From Geobacter metallireducens GS-15 (GTDB lineage Bacteria > Desulfobacterota > Desulfuromonadia > Geobacterales > Geobacteraceae): 32,000 bases of DNA. The stretch is from positions 3,900,001 to 3,932,000 of the forward strand of contig NC_007517.1 in NCBI RefSeq assembly GCF_000012925.1, written 5' to 3'. The first letter of the stretch is position 1. Every line of letters starts with the position of its first letter. The notes under the pieces were generated by a model. That model did no database searches and was not told the origin of the DNA. It was given only the letters and a program-made list of their open reading frames with translations. Shown piece after piece: positions 10,410 to 16,307 of the stretch. Position numbers and translations under genes: made by a program.

Positions 10410-10577
10410 TCACACTAGCCTGATACTCCCGGTCAACAGCTCCTGCATCATCCCCTGCTTCAGCAGCCGGGTTTTGTCGCGCTTTTGTTCCAGGGAGGCG
10501 TTCCCGGTGTCCATGTCGGAGAGGATGGCGGCGATGGCGGTTTGTTCTTCTTTAGCACTTGAGTTCCATGACGTGTC
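10410..10577 (-). pseudogene. hsdS: Type I restriction-modification specificity subunit (HsdS), C-terminal remnant only
   Basis: Minus-strand translation ...SAKEEQTAIAAILSDMDTGNASLEQKRDKTRLLKQGMMQELLTGSIRLV-stop (stop at 10412-10410). This is the conserved distal coiled-coil of HsdS. An in-frame stop lies just upstream (about 10578-10580) and no target-recognition domains are present. Confidence 0.7.
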
Positions 10578-10621
10578 CTGTCAAGAACAGAGCAGATAAT
10601 CGCGGCATGGGAATCTTGTTA

Positions 10622-10650
10622 TTGACATCCCAAATCCGGTGTGATACAAG
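10622..10650 (+). promoter_or_regulatory. Candidate sigma-70 promoter upstream of tRNA-Asn
   Basis: TTGACA (10622-10627), a 17-nt spacer, then TACAAG (10645-10650) preceded by TG at 10642-10643 (extended -10). It lies about 120 nt upstream of the tRNA. Confidence 0.3.
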
Positions 10651-10769
10651 AATCTTCGCTTTATGCTACAAGGTTTTCGGAACGTAAATTCAGGCATTTA
10701 CAACATGTGCTTGTAGTCAAAACCCAGCAAAAAGCACCGTAGGGTTAACAACCTGCGGAAACAACTCAT

Positions 10770-10845
<76 letters not shown>

Positions 10846-10853
10846 AATTGGAC

Positions 10854-10889
10854 AAAGGCCGTCATCCATAGGATTGACGGCCTTTTTTT
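10854..10889 (+). terminator. Rho-independent terminator after tRNA-Asn
   Basis: AAAGGCCGTCA (10854-10864), a loop, TGACGGCCTTT (10875-10885), running into a T7 tract. Confidence 0.8.
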
Positions 10890-10977
10890 GTCGCCACTCT
10901 CCCATTGTAGCTGCCAGTAAATCAAAGGGTTTTGTCTCCTGGGACACCCTCCAATCTGTCCACGTAGAGTGCATCCA

Positions 10978-11160
10978 GCCTCCTCTGAAGCATCTGCCAC
11001 TGAAGCTCGAGATTCTACCCGTCCCGGAAAGAGCTGTTTAGTGTAACTGACAAAAGACGGTTTCAAAAAGCCTCCTCTGAAGCATCTGCCACTGAAGCTC
11101 GAGTTCTACCCGTCCCGGAAAGAGCTGTTTAGTGTAACTGACAAAAGACGGTTTCAAAAA
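10978..11160. repeat. Head-to-tail tandem duplication, 92 bp + 91 bp, differing by one indel
   Basis: Unit GCCTCCTCTGAAGCATCTGCCACTGAAGCTCGAG(A)TTCTACCCGTCCCGGAAAGAGCTGTTTAGTGTAACTGACAAAAGACGGTTTCAAAAA at 10978-11069 and 11070-11160. The only difference I see is GAGATTC against GAGTTC. Confidence 0.9.
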
Positions 11161-11189
11161 TGACCTCAAAATGGTATTAGCTATATATT
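11161..11189 (+). promoter_or_regulatory. Candidate sigma-70 promoter for the CoADR-rhodanese gene
   Basis: TGACCT (11161-11166), 17 nt, TATATT (11184-11189). It starts exactly at the end of the second repeat unit. Confidence 0.3.
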
Positions 11190-11232
11190 CGAATTGCACC
11201 ATTCACAAGACTTTAAGCTACGGAGGTCTCTC

Positions 11233-12918
11233 ATGAAACTGCGAGTTGTCGTGATCGGAGCCAACGCTGCGGGGGCAAAGGCCGCCTCCAAGGCAAAAAG
11301 GATGAACCCCCATGCGGAGGTTACTCTGATCGAGCGGGGCAATTTTATTTCTTACGGCGCCTGCGGTATTCCCTATTTCGTTTCGGATACCGTAGCCGAT
11401 GTAAAAGAGTTGATGAGCACCCCGGTCGGAGTGGTGCGAGATGCAGCCTTTTTCAACAAGGTGAAGGGAGTCCACGTTATCACCGGAACCGAGGTGGTCA
11501 GCCTCGACCGGCAGTCGAGGACGGTCCAGCTGTTCGAAAAGGAGAGCGCGAAAGCCTTCTCCCTTGAATACGACCGGCTGGTTCTGGCCACGGGGAGCTC
11601 GCCGTCCCTTCCACCGTTGAAGAACCGGGATCTTGGCAACATCCTGACGGTCAAGGCCATTGAGGATGCGGAACTGCTGAAAGAGCGGGCCGTGACGGGA
11701 AAGAGAGCCTGTATCGTCGGCGGCGGTCTGATCGGCCTGGAAACGGCAGAGGCCTTGAGGCAGAAGGGGTTGGAGGTCACGATCGTCGAGATGCGCGACC
11801 AGCTTCTGCCGGGAATACTGGACCCGGAGATGGCGAGTCTGGTTGAAAGGCATATCCGTCAGAACGGTGTCGAGGTTGAGACTTCTTGCCGGGTGGCCGG
11901 TTTTGACGGCACCGGAGTAGTGAATAAAGTTCTGACCGAACGGGGAGAGATCCCGGCTGACGTGGTGGTACTGGCACCAGGGGTGACGCCGAACGTGAAG
12001 CTGGCGAAGGAGGCCGGATTGGAGATCGGCCCCACTGGCGCCATCGCCGTCGACTCCCGCATGGGGACCAGCGACCCGGCAATCTACGCCTGCGGTGACT
12101 GCTGCGAAACCACCCACTTGGTTACCGGGAAAAAGGTTCATGTCCCCCTCGGCAGCACCGCCAACAAGCAGGGGAGGGTCGCCGGGATAAACGCATCCGG
12201 GGGGGAGGCAACCTTTGCCGGAATCCTCGGCACCAGCATCCTCAGGGTCTTCAGTGTCAACGCCGGGAAGACCGGCCTCACTGAATCCGAGGCGAGGGCA
12301 CAGGGGTATGACGTCGAAACCGTCCTCTCGCCGGCCCCCGACAAAGCGCACTTTTTCCCCGGCGCGAAACCGATCGCCCTAAAGCTCGTGGCAGACCGGG
12401 CTACCGGGAGGATTCTCGGGCTTCAGGCTGTCGGCGAGGGGGCCGTGGACAAGCGGGTGGACGCCGCAGCCGCGGCCATTACGTTCGGCGCCACCGCCGA
12501 CCAGCTTTCGCACCTGGATCTGGCCTACGCACCCCCCTACTCAGCCGCCATGGACAACCTCATCGTGGCCGCGGATATCCTGAAGAACAAACTGGCCGGC
12601 CACGCCAGGGGTATCTCCCCCCGAAAGGTGAGGCAGATGCTGGATGATGGCGACGACTTCATCCTCCTCGACGTCCGCTCTCCCGCGGAACATGCAGAGG
12701 TCGGCATCGAGGGGGCCACGCTTATCCCCCTGGGGGCATTGAGGGAAAAGCTGGAGAGTCTCCCCAAGGACAAAGAGATCGTCACCTTCTGCAAAATCAG
12801 CCTCAGAGGCTACGAGGCCCAGAAGATCCTCGATGCTGCCGGCTTCAGGGATGTCAAGTTCCTGGATGGCGGCATAATGACGTGGCCCTATGAACTTCGA
12901 CGCGGCGGAGGAGCCTGA
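11233..12918 (+). CDS. FAD-dependent pyridine nucleotide-disulfide oxidoreductase (CoA-disulfide reductase / NADH oxidase class) fused to a C-terminal rhodanese domain
   Basis: Start MKLRVVVIGANAAGAKAA (FAD GxGxxG) with GGAGG 6 nt upstream. Redox Cys in SYGACGIPYF. Second dinucleotide fold ACIVGGGLIGLE. The C-terminal rhodanese has the active-site loop FCKISLRG. Confidence 0.88.
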   Translation: MKLRVVVIGANAAGAKAASKAKRMNPHAEVTLIERGNFISYGACGIPYFVSDTVADVKELMSTPVGVVRDAAFFNKVKGVHVITGTEVVSLDRQSRTVQLFEKESAKAFSLEYDRLVLATGSSPSLPPLKNRDLGNILTVKAIEDAELLKERAVTGKRACIVGGGLIGLETAEALRQKGLEVTIVEMRDQLLPGILDPEMASLVERHIRQNGVEVETSCRVAGFDGTGVVNKVLTERGEIPADVVVLAPGVTPNVKLAKEAGLEIGPTGAIAVDSRMGTSDPAIYACGDCCETTHLVTGKKVHVPLGSTANKQGRVAGINASGGEATFAGILGTSILRVFSVNAGKTGLTESEARAQGYDVETVLSPAPDKAHFFPGAKPIALKLVADRATGRILGLQAVGEGAVDKRVDAAAAAITFGATADQLSHLDLAYAPPYSAAMDNLIVAADILKNKLAGHARGISPRKVRQMLDDGDDFILLDVRSPAEHAEVGIEGATLIPLGALREKLESLPKDKEIVTFCKISLRGYEAQKILDAAGFRDVKFLDGGIMTWPYELRRGGGA

Positions 12919-13010
12919 TCAGCCGGGCAATGCCGACACTCCCGCAAAATCCTGCTTTAGGAAGGGACTGATCCGCTGGCTGTTTGTCACCCGGGACTTC
13001 AAGAATACTA

Positions 13011-13038
13011 TTGACAAAGCCTCATTGTGATGTACTAT
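13011..13038 (+). promoter_or_regulatory. Candidate sigma-70 promoter driving the riboswitch leader
   Basis: TTGACA (13011-13016), a 16-nt spacer, TACTAT (13033-13038). It lies about 25 nt upstream of the first aptamer. Confidence 0.45.
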
Positions 13039-13060
13039 TGCCAAAAATTTTGCTTGAGTA

Positions 13061-13145
13061 GATAGACGACAATACTTAACCATTCGCGAGAATGGGGCGG
13101 AAAGCCTATAGGGTCTCATGGAGACAGCCGGGTTGCCGAAATATC
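13061..13145 (+). promoter_or_regulatory. GEMM-I-type cyclic-dinucleotide riboswitch aptamer, copy 1
   Basis: ...AATACTTAACCATTCGCGAGAATGGGGCGGAAAGCCTATAGGGTCTCATGGAGACAGCCGGGTTGCCGAAATATC aligns position for position with the Vc2 GEMM-I core (AAACC-AUUC-GNRA-GAGUGGG-ACGCAAAGCC...AGCGGGGUUACCGA). It has a GNRA loop (GCGA), the AAAGCC junction and GGGTTGCCGA. A occupies the G20-equivalent position (13074), and a C21/G46 pair covaries with the Vc2 G21/C46 pair. Confidence 0.8.
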
Positions 13146-13171
13146 ACACGATATTTGGTCCCGGCTTTTTT
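13127..13171 (+). terminator. Intrinsic terminator / expression platform of riboswitch 1
   Basis: GCCGGG (13127-13132) pairs with CCCGGC (13160-13165), with an inner helix CCGAAATATC/GATATTTGG, followed by T6. The 5' arm is shared with the 3' strand of the aptamer, so the two folds are mutually exclusive. Confidence 0.75.
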
Positions 13172-13268
13172 ATTGTGCAAACCATGACTGGAGGCCGAGC
13201 CGACAAGGAGTGCGTCTCTGACGTGGCGGTGCCTGTGGGCGCCGGAAAACTGCAACAAAATAGTTGGT

Positions 13269-13353
13269 GGTAGACGATAATACTAAACCATTCGCGAGAA
13301 TGGGGCGGAAAGCCTATAGGGTCTCCCTGAGACAGCCGGGTTGCCGAAATATC
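13269..13353 (+). promoter_or_regulatory. GEMM-I-type cyclic-dinucleotide riboswitch aptamer, copy 2
   Basis: Same architecture exactly 208 nt downstream of copy 1. The P2 hairpin loop differs (GTCTC-CCT-GAGAC against GTCTC-ATG-GAGAC) while the stem is kept. A again occupies the G20-equivalent position (13282). Confidence 0.8.
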
Positions 13354-13379
13354 ACGCGATATTTGGTCCCGGCTTTTTT
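13335..13379 (+). terminator. Intrinsic terminator / expression platform of riboswitch 2
   Basis: GCCGGG (13335-13340) pairs with CCCGGC (13368-13373), followed by T6 (13374-13379). Layout is the same as copy 1. Confidence 0.75.
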
Positions 13380-13431
13380 GTGTCTTGACGCGGAACTTAC
13401 CCATTCTCGAGAAAGGTACCGAACTCAATCC

Positions 13432-14748
13432 ATGTACCGAATCGCTGACCTGCCCCTCTCTACCGCCTGTTTTCGCCTGATCGCTCTAGGGGTATGTATC
13501 CTATCCCTTCAAGGATGCGCTGTACTCAGGGGTGCCCAGGAGCAATCATCGCTTGCGCCAGGCCATCTTGCCGCGGAGATCGAACGAAATGACTTTCCCG
13601 TTGCCAATGGCGACGACGTCATTGGCCGGCTTGCCGTCCTCAGACTTGAACAGGGGGATACGCTCCCGGATATTGCGAGACATTTCGGTCTGGGGATCAC
13701 GGCACTCAGCGCCGCCAATCCGGGCATGGATGTCTGGGCGCCCGAGGCCGGAAAACCGGTCATCCTGCCCCTGAGCTTTGTCCTGCCGGACACCCCGAGA
13801 CGAGGGATTGTGGTCAACGTCGCCACAATGAGGCTCTTTCAGTACAAGGGCGATGGCGCCTCCCTGGCGGTATCCACCTACCCCGTCGGCGTCGGCACCA
13901 AGGAGCGCCCCACCCCCACCGGCCCAACGCGGGTGTATCGCAAGGCGGCCCGGCCGACCTGGCATGTGCCTGCTTCAATTGCCGAGGACCATCGAAAGAA
14001 GGGGGATCCGCTCCCCCCGGAAGTTCCGCCGGGGCCGGAGAATCCCCTGGGGGAATACGCTCTCTACCTGAGCAAACCGGGGTATCTGATCCATGGCACG
14101 AACAAGCCGGCCAGCATCGGGCTTAAGGCAACCAATGGCTGTATGAGGCTCTATCCGGAAAACATCGAGGTGCTCTATAACGACACGCCGGTCAACACCC
14201 CGGTGGCCATTGTCAACCAACCCTACCTCATCGGTCAACGGGACGGGGTGCTTTACCTGGAAGCCCATACCCCGCTGGAAGACGCAGGCACTCTCGAACT
14301 GACGAAGGTGTATGAAAAGTTGAGAGCCATTGAAAAGAAAACAGGCCGTGCGCTTGACTGGACAAAAATCAGAAAAGTTCAGGCCGAGGCCCGGGGGATT
14401 CCGGTTCCCATCCTCGAACTGCGCCAGGGAAGTGAAAAAGGGATTCCGCAAACCATGGAAGTCGGGCACCCCGACACACTGCACGGCAGACCGGAAATAC
14501 CGGACCTGAAACCGGATGCCTGGTATGTTCTGGCTGCCGATGTGCGTAACGAGCTTGAGGCCCGGAGGATTGCCGCCATCATCAACCACCAGGGCCCTCC
14601 GATACCGGCACGGGTCTTGGCAAAGAACAACGCCTACCGTGTCATCGCCGGCCCGTTCGCTGATGGCAGTAGGGCCAGGGATGCGGCCAAACGCCTGAAG
14701 ATCGATTTGGAAATCGACGGCATATTGATTGATCCTGCTGGGAAGTAG
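13432..14748 (+). CDS. L,D-transpeptidase lipoprotein of the ErfK/YbiS/YcfS/YnhG type, with LysM-like N-domain, YkuD catalytic domain and C-terminal SPOR domain
   Basis: Start MYRIADLPLSTACFRLIALGVCILSLQGC (lipobox). LysM-like segment LRLEQGDTLPDIARHFGLGITALSAANPG. YkuD core LPDTPRRGIVVNVATMRLFQY...PENPLGEYALYL...YLIHGTNKPASIGLKATNGCMRL (catalytic His and Cys). SPOR-like tail WYVLAADVRNELEARRIAAII...YRVIAGPFADGSRARDAAKRLK. Confidence 0.88.
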   Translation: MYRIADLPLSTACFRLIALGVCILSLQGCAVLRGAQEQSSLAPGHLAAEIERNDFPVANGDDVIGRLAVLRLEQGDTLPDIARHFGLGITALSAANPGMDVWAPEAGKPVILPLSFVLPDTPRRGIVVNVATMRLFQYKGDGASLAVSTYPVGVGTKERPTPTGPTRVYRKAARPTWHVPASIAEDHRKKGDPLPPEVPPGPENPLGEYALYLSKPGYLIHGTNKPASIGLKATNGCMRLYPENIEVLYNDTPVNTPVAIVNQPYLIGQRDGVLYLEAHTPLEDAGTLELTKVYEKLRAIEKKTGRALDWTKIRKVQAEARGIPVPILELRQGSEKGIPQTMEVGHPDTLHGRPEIPDLKPDAWYVLAADVRNELEARRIAAIINHQGPPIPARVLAKNNAYRVIAGPFADGSRARDAAKRLKIDLEIDGILIDPAGK

Positions 14749-14799
14749 ACAGCCCCTCTTCCTGGCTGGGCAACCTAGAGAGAAAGGAGGTGATTAGCG

Positions 14800-15102
14800 A
14801 TGAAAGGGATTCTCTTGCTGATCGCAATGCTGCTCGTTCTCCCTGTCACCATGATTGGTTGTGCAACCTCCGGTGACCTGGAGAGAGTGCAGGCGGATCA
14901 AAGAATGCTTGATGCGAAAGTCGAGCAGGCAGTGCAGGATGCACAAGCAGCCAAGGCCTCAGCCGATGCGGCCAAAGCAAAGGCAGATAATGCCACAGCC
15001 CGCGCCGATAGTGCTATAAAGGCGGCTGAGGAAAGGGAACGGATCGCCGATGAAAAGGCGAAAAAGGCTGACGCTACTTTCCAGAAATCCATGAGGAAGT
15101 AA
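14800..15102 (+). CDS. Braun-lipoprotein-like (Lpp-like) alanine-zipper lipoprotein ending in Arg-Lys
   Basis: Strong RBS AAGGAGGTGA 8 nt upstream. Signal plus lipobox MKGILLLIAMLLVLPVTMIGC. The mature part is an Ala/Lys/Asp-rich coiled coil (LDAKVEQAVQDAQAAKASADAAKAKADNATARAD) that resembles E. coli Lpp ([34 protein letters not shown]). The C-terminus is ...KSMRK, compared with Lpp ...KYRK. Confidence 0.8.
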   Translation: MKGILLLIAMLLVLPVTMIGCATSGDLERVQADQRMLDAKVEQAVQDAQAAKASADAAKAKADNATARADSAIKAAEERERIADEKAKKADATFQKSMRK

Positions 15103-15148
15103 GGCACATTCAAGGGGGCCGTCGCGTTACCTGCGACGCCCGGACAAG

Positions 15149-15178
15149 AAATGGCAGGGTCCACGCGCCCTGCCATTT
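15149..15178 (+). terminator. Strong hairpin after the lpp-like gene (possible partial terminator or attenuator)
   Basis: AAATGGCAGGG (15149-15159) pairs with CCCTGCCATTT (15168-15178), an 11-bp perfect stem. The U tract is only short and interrupted (TTTCCTTATCC). Confidence 0.45.
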
Positions 15179-15276
15179 CCTTATCCGGCAGGTGGGTCCG
15201 GCCGGACATTTTGAACATACGGACATCAGGCTCCCGGAACGGGATATTCCTGATGATTCCAGCAAGGGGTGAGGAG

Positions 15277-16278
15277 ATGAGGGGACCGGAAATCTTTCGC
15301 CGTGGACCGTCTGCGGAATCAGGACGGTCTTTGGCCGATACGGCAACAAAACAAAGCCGGCCGGGCAAACGCCTTAGCTTTTTTCGTATCGGCATCCTGG
15401 TAACACCGATGCTCATGGCGGGATGCGGTCACCTTCAGTCCAAGCCGACCTTTGAAGAAGCGAATGACTTGTTTAATCAGGGAAGCTACCAGGCCTCGCT
15501 GAGCAAATACGAGCAGATTGTCGACCAGCAACCTGCGGCGGGCGACAGGGCTCTCTTCGAGATGGGTATCGTTTATTCGTACCCGAAGAACGAGCGCAAA
15601 GATTATCAGAAATCCCTGGAGTGCTTTCAGCGGGTCATAAAGGATTATCCCGGGAGCCACTACCGGCAGAACAGTCAGACGATGGCATCGTATATCAATA
15701 CTGTCCCGGTCAAGGACGCGACGATTGCCACGCAGCAAACGAGGATCGAGGCCCTCCAGCGCGAGCTCACGGGCAAAGAGGATGAGATCGCTGCCCTGCG
15801 GGGAAAGATTGAAGCGCTTGAAAAAAATGTGTTTGCCTACGCCATCCGGAAGCCATCGCTCGACAAGATCCTGATAGAAAAACAGGCACGACGCATGATG
15901 CTGATCTCAAAGGGGGCGGTGCTCAAAACCTACAGGATCGCCCTGGGGGGAGACCCCATCGGCCCGAAAGAACGGCAAGGCGACAACAAAACCCCGGAAG
16001 GAGCCTACACCATCGATGCCAGAAACAGGGATAGCCGTTATCACCGGGCTCTCCATATCTCCTATCCCAACGAGAGGGACAGGAAGCGCGCCCGGGAACT
16101 CGGAGTCTCCCCGGGCGGAAACATCATGATCCACGGCATCAAGAATGGTTTCTCGTGGGTTGGAGATGCTCACGCAGGGGTGGACTGGACAAAGGGGTGC
16201 ATTGCCGTAACGGACGAGGAAATAGAGGAAATTGACACGTTGGCGCCCAATGGCACCATTGTCGAGATCAGGCCATAG
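15277..16278 (+). CDS. YkuD-domain protein of the YafK/LdtF(DpaA)-like type with N-terminal TPR-like and coiled-coil regions; probable lipoprotein
   Basis: Catalytic domain ...GPKERQGDNKTPEGAYTIDARNRDSRYHRALHISYPNERDRKRARELGVSPGGNIMIHG...WTKGCIAV. It resembles E. coli YafK as I recall it (GPKQRQGDFKSPEGFY...MIHG...GC). TPR-like segment FEEANDLFNQGSYQASLSKYEQIV...FQRVIKDYPGSHY. Lipobox-like LMAGC. The start is uncertain: ATG at 15277 or 15253, or a TTG further downstream that gives a normal signal peptide KRLSFFRIGILVTPMLMAGC. Confidence 0.75.
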   Translation: MRGPEIFRRGPSAESGRSLADTATKQSRPGKRLSFFRIGILVTPMLMAGCGHLQSKPTFEEANDLFNQGSYQASLSKYEQIVDQQPAAGDRALFEMGIVYSYPKNERKDYQKSLECFQRVIKDYPGSHYRQNSQTMASYINTVPVKDATIATQQTRIEALQRELTGKEDEIAALRGKIEALEKNVFAYAIRKPSLDKILIEKQARRMMLISKGAVLKTYRIALGGDPIGPKERQGDNKTPEGAYTIDARNRDSRYHRALHISYPNERDRKRARELGVSPGGNIMIHGIKNGFSWVGDAHAGVDWTKGCIAVTDEEIEEIDTLAPNGTIVEIRP

Positions 16279-16307
16279 AAGGCCGCACGGATCATTCCGC
16301 AGGGCGA

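Noticed and set aside
10978-13379. Possibility that the repeated sequences (92-bp tandem, 208-bp-spaced repeats) are a CRISPR array
   Set aside because: There are only two copies of each. The units are far longer than CRISPR repeats. The first pair has no spacer at all. The second pair folds as riboswitch plus terminator. No cas genes are present.
13264-13431. Upstream 56 codons of the ORF 13264-14748 (a longer L,D-transpeptidase start)
   Set aside because: This stretch covers the second riboswitch aptamer and its terminator. The ATG at 13432 gives a normal lipoprotein signal peptide with a lipobox.
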